64,000 nt of DNA, from positions 5,683 through 69,682 of the IMG/VR virus record IMGVR_UViG_3300007735_000926; one strand, written 5' to 3'. Both the position numbers and the translations under genes were made by a program. This document shows, one piece after another, positions 18,361 through 28,222 of the stretch. Source of the stretch: a virus. Lineage: Duplodnaviria; Heunggongvirae; Uroviricota; Caudoviricetes. Positions within the stretch are counted from its first letter, which is position 1. The number at the start of each line of letters is the position of its first letter. The notes under the pieces were generated by a model. The model searched no databases. It saw only the letters and a list, made by a program, of their open reading frames with translations, and was not told the DNA's origin.

Positions 18361-18990
18361 TTAATTCATGTGTGATCCAAAAACCTCTTGATTCTGAACA
18401 ATCGAATTGAATGGTTCGATTTTTTTAATCAAATACTGCCCGCCTTGTCTGTTATTCACAGACATATGCTGTAATACCTTGGCATAGAAATTATCAATTT
18501 CCATCCCAGATGGGATACACATATTCAATAAATCATCGTAAATTGTTTCATTGATTGCATAAGCATGGCAAACGACAATCTGATTTCTAAACACTTGTTC
18601 TTGCAGTCCACCAAAATAGACCATATCGAAATCTTTCAGATTGTTATAATTCCCTATAAGGAGATCATCGAAATCTTTCAAACAAATGATATCGTCCTCT
18701 AAGATCAATATTCTTTTGTAATTATTCTCCTTCGCATCTCTGACTGCTGCCATATGGCTAAGGCGACTACCTAAATGTCCTCTGACATATTTTTCATCTT
18801 TTTTGTTAAAATTCCTATAAACATTCATAGGAATTTCATCAAAATTGATGTCCACCACATTACCAGAAATTCTTTTGTATTTTGTAATGTTCTGTCGTTC
18901 TAAGAGTTTCGCCATGTGCTCATTTCTATCAACATCTTTGTCCATGTTGATGTAATACACCATATCAAAAAAGTTATCAACTAATCCCAT
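18361..18990 (-). CDS. glycosyltransferase family 25-like
   Basis: YYINMDKDVDR, GSRLSH, ILILEDD, CHAYAIN, EID; start reset by TATAAATA-N5-ATG. Confidence 0.85.
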   Translation of the reverse strand: MGLVDNFFDMVYYINMDKDVDRNEHMAKLLERQNITKYKRISGNVVDINFDEIPMNVYRNFNKKDEKYVRGHLGSRLSHMAAVRDAKENNYKRILILEDDIICLKDFDDLLIGNYNNLKDFDMVYFGGLQEQVFRNQIVVCHAYAINETIYDDLLNMCIPSGMEIDNFYAKVLQHMSVNNRQGGQYLIKKIEPFNSIVQNQEVFGSHMN

Positions 18991-19051
18991 GCGCCTATTT
19001 ATAATTGAATCTATTAAAGTCAATCAGAATAAACACATGGAATGAGATGTA

Positions 19052-20767
19052 TTATACATTATGCAATTGTATTTTGCGTAAAGTTCCATTTAAGTTTAGA
19101 ACCAAGAAACAACTTGCAGCACCTCCACTGGTTGCGGTTGTTGATAATGCGCTTGTAGATGAGCCTAAAGCAAGTTGATTGGGTCCAGTTGGAACAGCAC
19201 CAACACCAATAGCAATAGAATTACGAGCACTTGTAGCACCACAACCAGCATTGTTACCTATGAAAATAGAACAGCAAGCATTTGTAGCATTATTGCCAGC
19301 TTGATTACCTAAGAAAACAGAACAAAGAGCATTTGTAGCAGATCTACCAGCATTATATCCTAAGAAATTGGAGTTGGTGGCACTTGTAGAGCGCCAACCA
19401 GCTTGTCTACCTAAGAAATTAGAGTTAAAGGCATTTGTAGCATAATAACCAGCTTGATTTCCTAAGAAATTAGAATTAGAAGCAGCATTAGCACAATAAC
19501 CAGCTTGTCTACCTAAGAAATTAGAATTACAAGAATTAGAAGCCCAAAATCCAGCTTGGAACCCCAAGAAATTAGAGTTAGAAGCATATACTGTATGACA
19601 ACCAGCTTGATAACCCAAGAAATTAGAATTACAAGCATTTACAGCATAGCGACCAGCTTGATCACCTAAGAAATTAGAACAACGAGCGTTTGTAGCACCA
19701 CAACCAGCATTATATCCTATAAAATTTGAAGAATATGTAAATCCAGCACCACAACCAGCTTGATAACCTAAGAAATTAGAATTACGAGCATATCCAGCAC
19801 AATAACCAGCTTTATTACCCAAGAAATTAGAATTACAAGCATATGAAGCGCCACCACCAGCATTACAACCTGAGAAATTGGAATGACAAGCTCTACTAGC
19901 ACCATAACCAGCTTGTTTACCTAAGAAATTAGAATTACAAGCATATGCAGCAAAAAAACCAGATCGGTAACCTAAAAAATTAGAAAAACAAGCATTTACA
20001 CCACATGCACCAGCTTGTTTACCTAAGAAATTAGAATTATTAGCGTATTGAGCAAGATTTCCAGACTGTAATCCCAAAAAATTAGAGTTAAAGGCATTTG
20101 TAGCAAAATAACCAACATATTTACCTAAAAAATTAGAGTTACAGGCATTTGTAGCACAACGGCCAGCTTGTTTACCTAAGAAATTAGAATTATAAGCATT
20201 TGCAGCACAATAACCAGCTGAATCACCTAAAAAATTGGAATTATAGGTATTTGATGTCCCGAAGCCAGCTAAGGGACCTAAAAAATTGGAACTATAGGCA
20301 TTATTAATGCAATAACCAGCCTTATAACCTAAGAAATTAGAATTATAAGCAATTCCTGCGAATTTACCAGCTTGACTACCTAAGAAATTAGAACCATCGG
20401 CACTTGTAGCACCACAACCAGCTTGATTTCCTAAGAAATTGGAAAATCTAGCCTGTGCGGCATAACAACCAGCTTGATTACCTAAGAAATTAGAATTATA
20501 AGCATTTGTAGCACCGCAACCAGCTTGATTACCTAAGAAATTAGAATTATAAGCATTTGTGGCACCACGACCAGCTTGATATCCTATATAATTCTCAGTT
20601 AAATCATTTCTAACATAAGACGACAGATCAGCAACTATAGTATTATTAGTGTAATCTTTAATCGAACTCAGAGTGACATTGAATGTCACCCCATTTTGAT
20701 TCACAGGGAAAATCTCCCCACCCGAAAGAGGTGTTGTCGCTGGATCGTATTGCGAAATTTTAGGCAT
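19052..20767 (-). CDS. repeat-rich fibre/spike-like protein (beta-solenoid, 17-aa repeats)
   Basis: MPKISQY...PLSGGEIFPVNQNGVT attachment-type N-terminus; about 27 xxxAxNSNFLGxxAGxx repeats; late promoter. Confidence 0.7.
   Translation of the reverse strand: MPKISQYDPATTPLSGGEIFPVNQNGVTFNVTLSSIKDYTNNTIVADLSSYVRNDLTENYIGYQAGRGATNAYNSNFLGNQAGCGATNAYNSNFLGNQAGCYAAQARFSNFLGNQAGCGATSADGSNFLGSQAGKFAGIAYNSNFLGYKAGYCINNAYSSNFLGPLAGFGTSNTYNSNFLGDSAGYCAANAYNSNFLGKQAGRCATNACNSNFLGKYVGYFATNAFNSNFLGLQSGNLAQYANNSNFLGKQAGACGVNACFSNFLGYRSGFFAAYACNSNFLGKQAGYGASRACHSNFSGCNAGGGASYACNSNFLGNKAGYCAGYARNSNFLGYQAGCGAGFTYSSNFIGYNAGCGATNARCSNFLGDQAGRYAVNACNSNFLGYQAGCHTVYASNSNFLGFQAGFWASNSCNSNFLGRQAGYCANAASNSNFLGNQAGYYATNAFNSNFLGRQAGWRSTSATNSNFLGYNAGRSATNALCSVFLGNQAGNNATNACCSIFIGNNAGCGATSARNSIAIGVGAVPTGPNQLALGSSTSALSTTATSGGAASCFLVLNLNGTLRKIQLHNV
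19200..20590 (-). repeat. 51-bp coding tandem repeat array, about 27 degenerate copies
   Basis: Recurrent cctaagaaattagaattac / ccagc core at a 51-bp period. Confidence 0.9.
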
Positions 20768-20798
20768 ATGATTATTTAGTCACAGCTTAAATAATAAA
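20768..20798. promoter_or_regulatory. back-to-back late promoter boxes
   Basis: TATTTA at 20773-20778 and TAAATA at 20788-20793, each 5 nt from a start codon. Confidence 0.75.
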
Positions 20799-21284
20799 GT
20801 GAGTATTAAAATATCATCTCTTCAAAAATCAAAAACAGGGAAAAGTGCAAATTCTTCTGGAAATTTGTATAAGGATATCGATTTTGACCTCAAACCTTCT
20901 TATTCGTTCAATAATCAATTGAATAGAAAGGAAAATTTGAAAGATATTCAGGCTATATTCGATGTTGAGGCGATTAAAAATAGTATTGTCAATTGCTTCT
21001 TAACGGCACCCGGACAAAAAATATTAAATCCTACTTTTGGTATCGATTTGAGACGTTTTTTATTTGAACCTATCGACAATTACACCTCTGATATCATCAC
21101 AAATGATATTTCAAGACGATTGCCTATTTTAGAACCGAGAATCACTGTAACAGACGTTTCGGTAATCGCAAATCCCGATGAGCAAGAGTATGATATTTAT
21201 CTCAAAATCAATATTCCATCTTTAGATGTGGAAGGTTTGAGTATTAAATCAAAATTGAACACTATCGGCTACACAATCCTCTAA
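20799..21284 (+). CDS. gp25: baseplate wedge subunit (T4 gp25-like)
   Basis: YKDIDF, DVEAIKNSI.N...T.PGQK..NPTFG..L...LFEP, EPRI. Confidence 0.9.
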   Translation: MSIKISSLQKSKTGKSANSSGNLYKDIDFDLKPSYSFNNQLNRKENLKDIQAIFDVEAIKNSIVNCFLTAPGQKILNPTFGIDLRRFLFEPIDNYTSDIITNDISRRLPILEPRITVTDVSVIANPDEQEYDIYLKINIPSLDVEGLSIKSKLNTIGYTIL

Positions 21285-21294
21285 ATAATAAAAA

Positions 21295-23100
21295 ATGAAA
21301 GAATCTATTGAATACAATTTACCGAAAAATGCTTACATTAATTTCGATGCGCTTTCTCTCAAAGATTTCATCATTCAAAAATTGAATGAAAATTCCAATT
21401 TTACTGATCAGAATTATGAAGGAAGTAATCTAGCTTCTTTCATTGATATCATCGCTTTCAGTTATCATGTTTTGCTGTTTTATTTGAACCAAACAGCTTC
21501 AGAAAGTATGTTTTCACAAGCTACTATTTATGAAAACATCAATAAAATCGTAAATTTGATAGGTTATAAGCCAACAGGTAAACAAACATCATTGGTTCCC
21601 GTGTCTTGTGTCGCTAGTTCTTCTTTACAAGTTGGAAATTACAAGCTTAGGAAATATAGTTACTTTCTAATTGATAAAATTCAATACACTTTATTGGAAG
21701 ATTTTAATTTTGAAAAGTCGATCGCAGATTCTCAAGATATTGAAAGTATTAAAAACAATTTGATTCTTTATCAAGGAACGGTCGGTGAATACCCCACTTA
21801 TACTGCAAATGGAGAGGAATTTGAAACTCTTCCCATTGTTGTCGTCAACAGAGTTGACACCAATGACACTAGATTTATTGCTGATGGCACTATTAGTGTG
21901 TATGTGAAAGAACAAAGTGATGGATTGTGGCATGAATACAAAGAATTGGATAATATATTCCTCGCCAAGAATGATGATCGTTATTATAGCATACGTTTGA
22001 ATGATTCGGGATTCTATGAAGTTAAATTTGGTAATGATATTTTCGGTAAAAAGCTCACCGCTGGAGATGAAGTTGCAATCTATTACATCTTGAGTGATAA
22101 TCTGAATGGTATTATCAGTAAAGGTGCTATCAATGGTAATAAATTATTCAATCAAAATTCCACTCGATTCAATCAAATCTATGATGATATCTCTACAGTG
22201 GCAAATGAGAATATTATCGATTCGACCAAGAATTCATTCTTATATTTCACCAATACTGATAATTCGACAGCAATATCGGAGGCGGAAAGCGTCGAACAAA
22301 TTAAAAATAATGTCCCAAAATATCTGAATTCTCAAATAAAGTTGGTATCAGAAGATGATTATGACACTTTCTTAAACAAAGAAATATCAAACGTTATTTC
22401 ATCGGTCAAGACGGTTAATAATAAGACTTTCATCGATAGTTACATCGATTATTTTTACAAAATTTGCGTTGATCCTAATAAATCAAATAGGGTTATTATA
22501 AATCAAGTGAATTTTGCAGACTCTTGTGACTTTAACAATGTTAATATATTCTGTGTTCCAAGATTTAATCTTAAAGATGATGGCGTATACCCACCATTTC
22601 TGTCGAATAGTTTGAAAAATTTGATTATTGAAAAGACTAAAGATAAGAAAATTTTAAGCCATGAAGTTGTTCCTCGTGATCCTGTTTATGTCGCTTTTGA
22701 TATCGGATTTACCAATAATCTGGCAAACAAAAATGTCTTGGAAACGAGCAAATTGGAAATTGTTCGTAAAAATGATTCCAAGACAAATCCTGAAAATCTG
22801 AAGAAAAAAGTTGGTGATCTCATCTTATCTTTCTTCAATAGTTCAAACAATGCTTTAGGTCAAAAATTGAACATTTCATCATTAACATCTGATATCTTAA
22901 AATTAGAAGGCGTTGCCAATATAAGAACAAGAAATGTCAATGAAATCTTCAATGGTATTTCATTTGTAGCATGGAATCCAGTTTATGAAGGTGTTGATGA
23001 TCAGATTATCAATCAAACAACAACGTTGCCATTTTTCAAATTCCCATATTTTTTCAATCCTCAATCAATATATCAAAAAATCGTAATATTAAATGAGTAA
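21295..23100 (+). CDS. gp6: baseplate wedge subunit (T4 gp6-like)
   Basis: FTDQNYEGSNL..FIDI.A, ESMFSQA, IGYKP, YEVKFGNDIFGKKL, ESVEQIK, VSEDDY. Confidence 0.9.
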   Translation: MKESIEYNLPKNAYINFDALSLKDFIIQKLNENSNFTDQNYEGSNLASFIDIIAFSYHVLLFYLNQTASESMFSQATIYENINKIVNLIGYKPTGKQTSLVPVSCVASSSLQVGNYKLRKYSYFLIDKIQYTLLEDFNFEKSIADSQDIESIKNNLILYQGTVGEYPTYTANGEEFETLPIVVVNRVDTNDTRFIADGTISVYVKEQSDGLWHEYKELDNIFLAKNDDRYYSIRLNDSGFYEVKFGNDIFGKKLTAGDEVAIYYILSDNLNGIISKGAINGNKLFNQNSTRFNQIYDDISTVANENIIDSTKNSFLYFTNTDNSTAISEAESVEQIKNNVPKYLNSQIKLVSEDDYDTFLNKEISNVISSVKTVNNKTFIDSYIDYFYKICVDPNKSNRVIINQVNFADSCDFNNVNIFCVPRFNLKDDGVYPPFLSNSLKNLIIEKTKDKKILSHEVVPRDPVYVAFDIGFTNNLANKNVLETSKLEIVRKNDSKTNPENLKKKVGDLILSFFNSSNNALGQKLNISSLTSDILKLEGVANIRTRNVNEIFNGISFVAWNPVYEGVDDQIINQTTTLPFFKFPYFFNPQSIYQKIVILNE

Positions 23101-25174
23101 TTATCAAACATTTGATTATAAAATCGTTGATTATAAGAACGAACAAGTTCTTAGTGCATATGCGCTAAAGGAAACCCCATTAACATTCATACCAAATGTT
23201 GATAATTTACATTACATTAGATTATTATGGGATTTCGGAGATGGCACATATTCAACATCATTAACAGCGAACAAATTTTACAGTAAACCCGGAAAATATG
23301 ATACGAATCTGACAATTTTTGATTGTTATTCGAATGCCATTATATCAAATATCATAAAAGTTGTAGACATCAAAGATTATCTCGTCAATACTTTCAAAAT
23401 AGACTTCGATAATGTATCGTATTATGATGATATTATATGGAAAAATGGTAAAATATGTGGGCCTCTGATCGCATCGGCCACTTACCCAAATGACACTACA
23501 CCCTCTAGCATATATTACAGGATAAGTGGAAGCAATAGTGAATACTATTTCCAAGACACTCCAGATAAATTCAGACATTTGAGAAATACATATTCATTTT
23601 TCGAAAAAATATACAATCAAACGAAAAAACAATATGAATATGTTGAAATTGATAAGATCGACATCGATACTGTGCCAATTTATGCGAAAATATCAAATAA
23701 TGATATCGTATTAACCAATTCTACCGATGTTTCAGCATTTTATGTCGGTCTTTCAGGGAATAAACAATTTTATTTCAAAGATGATAGTGTCAATAAAATA
23801 AAAATTGACCTGTTTTTCGATAAAAGAGATAATAATATATGGGATAATAACTTAAAAATCTCACTTTCCGCTAATATTATCGAAAATGACGAGGTTGATA
23901 AGTTCACCATCACTTCAAATGGTATGGACGGTGAGTTCTATACCACCAATTCTTTCAATATAGATGATAAAAAATTCTCTAATGTCGATATACCTTTCGC
24001 TGTCAAGATTAAAGATCTTGAACATTTCACGGTCAAGAACTTTGAACCTCTTTCTACGACGAATTTCACATACACTGTATTATCGTCAAATGAAATCGTG
24101 TCATCGCAATATTACACATTATCCACCAAAGATTGTTTTGATGGCGCAATTCGGAATATTATAAATTTCAAATCTTCTGATAAAATAAATGATGTTAAAA
24201 TCACAATATCTGGAACTGTTTCCTCATTACAAGGTAATGTATACACTTTAAATGGTGAGACTAATTTGTTTGATGTTTATCCGCAAAATTTCTTAAGCAT
24301 TGATAAAAAAAATGAAGATTATGATGCTACCGAAATGTTCAAAAGCTTACGATTTCAAGAATTTCTTTTGGATGATAGCATGTTATTTGATGAATTTATC
24401 GGGTCAATATTTGGCACATTGGATTCTTCATATGATACTCTTGGTAAGAAAATATACGAAAAAATAACAAATTTTGTTCAAAACATTCAAGATGTTGATA
24501 GAAATGAGATATTTTCCTTGATATCACAGATGGATATGGTTGGAACACCTAATAATGTGTTTGAAAACAATTCCTTCACATATCCAGAAAAAATCAAAAG
24601 AATTTTAGATCTTTGTTCTATCAGCAATAACAAATTGTTGGGAGTCAAAAATAAATTCAAAGAAAATTTCGACTTGAGAGGTTACTCTTCCAAGAGTGTA
24701 TATGGTATTAATCTCGGGGATCAAATAAACACAAAGACTTATTTGATTTCTGCTGGGACTCCTATTGTAGCATTGGAAAAATTCAGCAACAAATATTCAT
24801 TATTGAACACGGAACAACCGCTGGAATATACTACAAGCAACATCTTCCCATTATCATCGTATAATCAAAATTGGGGATGGCCTTTGGTTTTACCTGATAC
24901 ATTCCAATTTGAGGATATAGAAAAATACTATCTGTTCTTCGAATTCATCGATAAATTTGATAATACGCTATATGATAACACTGTAATAAAAAATAATACA
25001 TTGTATGACATGCTATCCACTGAGAATATCATCAGGGATAGTAATGACAACCCGATTTTGGATGAGAATGGTGAATACATTTTGAGTGAATACGACACAC
25101 CGTCTTACAAAGACTTCACGATTGGAATCGCTTTGCGTGATACGCTCTATCAATCATTATCGTTGGTTAAATAA
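23093..25174 (+). CDS. baseplate-associated structural protein with PKD-like domain
   Basis: WDFGDG...YSKPGKY motif; follows gp6. Confidence 0.65.
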   Translation: MSNYQTFDYKIVDYKNEQVLSAYALKETPLTFIPNVDNLHYIRLLWDFGDGTYSTSLTANKFYSKPGKYDTNLTIFDCYSNAIISNIIKVVDIKDYLVNTFKIDFDNVSYYDDIIWKNGKICGPLIASATYPNDTTPSSIYYRISGSNSEYYFQDTPDKFRHLRNTYSFFEKIYNQTKKQYEYVEIDKIDIDTVPIYAKISNNDIVLTNSTDVSAFYVGLSGNKQFYFKDDSVNKIKIDLFFDKRDNNIWDNNLKISLSANIIENDEVDKFTITSNGMDGEFYTTNSFNIDDKKFSNVDIPFAVKIKDLEHFTVKNFEPLSTTNFTYTVLSSNEIVSSQYYTLSTKDCFDGAIRNIINFKSSDKINDVKITISGTVSSLQGNVYTLNGETNLFDVYPQNFLSIDKKNEDYDATEMFKSLRFQEFLLDDSMLFDEFIGSIFGTLDSSYDTLGKKIYEKITNFVQNIQDVDRNEIFSLISQMDMVGTPNNVFENNSFTYPEKIKRILDLCSISNNKLLGVKNKFKENFDLRGYSSKSVYGINLGDQINTKTYLISAGTPIVALEKFSNKYSLLNTEQPLEYTTSNIFPLSSYNQNWGWPLVLPDTFQFEDIEKYYLFFEFIDKFDNTLYDNTVIKNNTLYDMLSTENIIRDSNDNPILDENGEYILSEYDTPSYKDFTIGIALRDTLYQSLSLVK

Positions 25175-25179
25175 TAGCA

Positions 25180-27729
25180 ATGGAGAACGTATCAGACATC
25201 AAATTTCCCAAATCCATCACAAATCCCGACGTTGATATTGTCAATGCGTTGGATTCGGCACAACCATTTTCGTTCTTAGAATTTATAAAAATAATAGACG
25301 ACAATTTTACTGTCGATAATTTACAGGTTATTTACACCCAATATTTGAAAAAATGGAACAGGGTGAAAAGTATAAAGGAAACGGAAGATGCTTCGACCAT
25401 TATAGAAAGATATCGAGACTTTATAAGGGATATAAATTTAAAATATTCTACGAACGAAGAACAAAAATTCTTATCCAAATTAGATTTCAACGATCCTCTG
25501 GATTTAGATCTGGCTATACCTTTCTATAGTAGAAAATTGACAGAAATTGCTGGATACTACAATAAAAAAAGGGAAGAAAGCAAATATCAAATCATAAAGA
25601 AAAAGTTGGTAGGCACTAACACTTTATTGGAACAAGAGATAAGAAATAATATCATAAATTATTTACAAAATGTTGATAATGGAGAAATTTATTACAATAT
25701 TCAAGAAATTAAAGATAATATCTCTATCAATGTCGATGAATTATATGATTCATACCCTCTTTATTTCAATCAGACACCAAATGATAAAATTTATGATAAT
25801 AAAGATTTAGATTACGGTTTGGATATATTTTTAAAAAATAATTCTGATATTATTTCGGAAGTATTTTCTAATATGACCGTTTCAGAATTAGGTATTAAAG
25901 AAATAAATGATCTTTTAGATAATAAAAGAAAATTGACTGAGAAGTATATTGGTAATGATTTTTATTATCTATCTACAGGATCAACCGTTAATGATTTCGT
26001 ATCGGGTTTGGCTATATTAGCGGATAAACCATCTCAAAACTTTTTAAATATTGATTATCCAACCACCGCATCGACAGATAGGAAAATTTTAATCACGAAA
26101 GAAGATGTGGGGTATTTCCGACCACATAAAACATCTATAATCAATATTGATGGTAAGAATTTAAGTTTTTCATTTAATCTTGAAAATTTACAACCAAATA
26201 CCATTTATTATTTTCAAGATCCAGCTATAAGAGGTGATAATGGTGATATTATCACATTCATTAACGATAACGATTATGTCCGTAGAAATTTCACTTCTGG
26301 TAAATCAAAGATATTACCAAGTAGTAAAAGAAATGATAGTAAATATTACGGATATATATCCAAAATCGAATTAAATTCTGACAAATATCTCGATAAGTTG
26401 TCAAATATAGGTTATTTACAGGATTCTAAACAAGATATTTACAATAATTTATTCGGATTATTCAAAAATGATGGTTCTTTCACTAGGACCATTTCTTCTC
26501 ATGATGCTGTTCCAGATTTGTATTATAAGATATTGAATGGTCACACTTTTTATGACTATCTTTATAATGAAGGGTTCAATTTCAATTATTCTACTGTTGA
26601 TGATACAACATATAATTACACGAATAGATCAGGATTGAGCACTTTCACTAATGGGTTTTCCGCCATCTCCTCTACCAATTTGTATTATCAAATATTCGGA
26701 GGAACATTTAGCAATAATCAATTTTATTATGAAAATGAATATCTTCCAGATTTCCAAACATTGGAAGGCTTGTATATAATGGATGGTGACACCCCTTATG
26801 TGGATGCGGCTTCTTCTGATTTAAGTTCATTCGAATTGAGTGGTAATTTTTATTACTCACAACTCATCGAAGCTGGTATCAATTCTTCTTCACCACTGAG
26901 AAGGGCATTATTAGATGCAAGATTCCCGACCATAACAGCAAACATGCTGAGAGATATCTACCCAAATGATACAAATACGTTCATGATAGATGGAGCATTT
27001 TTCGGTAGTGATTATCCAGATTTTTCACCGACTATATCTCAAATATACTATGATGATACAGTTCTGAAAAACAGTGAATATGTCTTATCATCAGCACCTG
27101 TTAAGAATTTGTATGACAGATTCAATACGAATGGTGAATTATATGTTAGAAATTCATACACAATGGAAATTTCACCATTGCAATCTGAATTAACATATCT
27201 TACGAATGTGTTGCCATTATCGGTTTATAATGAATCGTTGAGTGCTGTTAGAAGGTTTGACATTGTTTCTGATATTCTTACCATAGAAACAAAAAACAAC
27301 CTGATTATCACCAAACTGTTTTTCGAAAATGGTCAATTTTTGACACCCACCAAACAAACATACGTTATTGAACATGGTGGTAATGTTTCAAATAGATATT
27401 ATAAAGATGGGAGCATCTACTTCACCATTATTGACAATTTATCTAGTAATAATGTTGATGCCTTGTTGATAAAGCCTTCAATATTCGAATTCAATGTTGA
27501 GCAGCATATTTTATCAGAGTATGATAATTACTCCATTTCACCGATATCTGTCAGTTCACCTTCGATATCGGCATTTGAATCACCAACCTTAGCCTATAAT
27601 AGCAAAAATAAAAAATTCACCACATCATTCTTAATCAAGAATGCTTCAAGCGAATTCATTATTGCTGAAGTAGATTTCGAAATGAATCCTTTTAAAATAA
27701 TAAATGTTTCTCAATATAATCAAAAATGA
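25180..27729 (+). CDS. large structural protein (baseplate/tail region)
   Basis: 849 aa; operon context; late box upstream. Confidence 0.6.
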   Translation: MENVSDIKFPKSITNPDVDIVNALDSAQPFSFLEFIKIIDDNFTVDNLQVIYTQYLKKWNRVKSIKETEDASTIIERYRDFIRDINLKYSTNEEQKFLSKLDFNDPLDLDLAIPFYSRKLTEIAGYYNKKREESKYQIIKKKLVGTNTLLEQEIRNNIINYLQNVDNGEIYYNIQEIKDNISINVDELYDSYPLYFNQTPNDKIYDNKDLDYGLDIFLKNNSDIISEVFSNMTVSELGIKEINDLLDNKRKLTEKYIGNDFYYLSTGSTVNDFVSGLAILADKPSQNFLNIDYPTTASTDRKILITKEDVGYFRPHKTSIINIDGKNLSFSFNLENLQPNTIYYFQDPAIRGDNGDIITFINDNDYVRRNFTSGKSKILPSSKRNDSKYYGYISKIELNSDKYLDKLSNIGYLQDSKQDIYNNLFGLFKNDGSFTRTISSHDAVPDLYYKILNGHTFYDYLYNEGFNFNYSTVDDTTYNYTNRSGLSTFTNGFSAISSTNLYYQIFGGTFSNNQFYYENEYLPDFQTLEGLYIMDGDTPYVDAASSDLSSFELSGNFYYSQLIEAGINSSSPLRRALLDARFPTITANMLRDIYPNDTNTFMIDGAFFGSDYPDFSPTISQIYYDDTVLKNSEYVLSSAPVKNLYDRFNTNGELYVRNSYTMEISPLQSELTYLTNVLPLSVYNESLSAVRRFDIVSDILTIETKNNLIITKLFFENGQFLTPTKQTYVIEHGGNVSNRYYKDGSIYFTIIDNLSSNNVDALLIKPSIFEFNVEQHILSEYDNYSISPISVSSPSISAFESPTLAYNSKNKKFTTSFLIKNASSEFIIAEVDFEMNPFKIINVSQYNQK

Positions 27730-28214
27730 ATACCGCATATTTATCATTGTCTTCAAATAACACATCGAATACTGATATTCTTCCTTTGGTCGTATTGGAT
27801 GATATCACAACACTGAATGTTATGTTGACAGGTGTTTCAGAAAATTTCTTACCTTGTTTTTTGAAAATAAATTGGGGCGATGACACTGAAGAATTTTTCG
27901 AAAATGATGTCATGTTGAATATTGCTTCATTTCAAGGAAAATATTCTGAAGTATTGAATACTACATTCAGTCACATATATTATCCTAGCGGGTCTTCGAC
28001 AAGTAAAGATTTATCTGCAAATTTTTATGTATCTTATTGTAATGGTGATGTTTCAACCTTTACCGTGCCTATTAGTGTCGTGAATTACAATTACGAGCAA
28101 AGTATTGAGGATCTGACATTAATAAATACGATTAGCAAATTTGATAAAAAAATACACCAATTTGTGACTAAAAATGGTGGGTATTTGATTGAGCTTGAAA
28201 CGCCGTCCAATTAA
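27726..28214 (+). CDS. PKD/Ig-like structural protein
   Basis: KINWGDD...FSHIY motif; ATGA overlap. Confidence 0.55.
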   Translation: MNTAYLSLSSNNTSNTDILPLVVLDDITTLNVMLTGVSENFLPCFLKINWGDDTEEFFENDVMLNIASFQGKYSEVLNTTFSHIYYPSGSSTSKDLSANFYVSYCNGDVSTFTVPISVVNYNYEQSIEDLTLINTISKFDKKIHQFVTKNGGYLIELETPSN

Positions 28215-28222
28215 ATACTAAT

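Noticed and set aside
19200-20590. Regularly spaced repeats with variable intervening sequence resembling a CRISPR array
   Set aside because: The period is 51 bp and in frame within a 571-aa ORF, repeats are degenerate at the codon level, and no cas genes are present.
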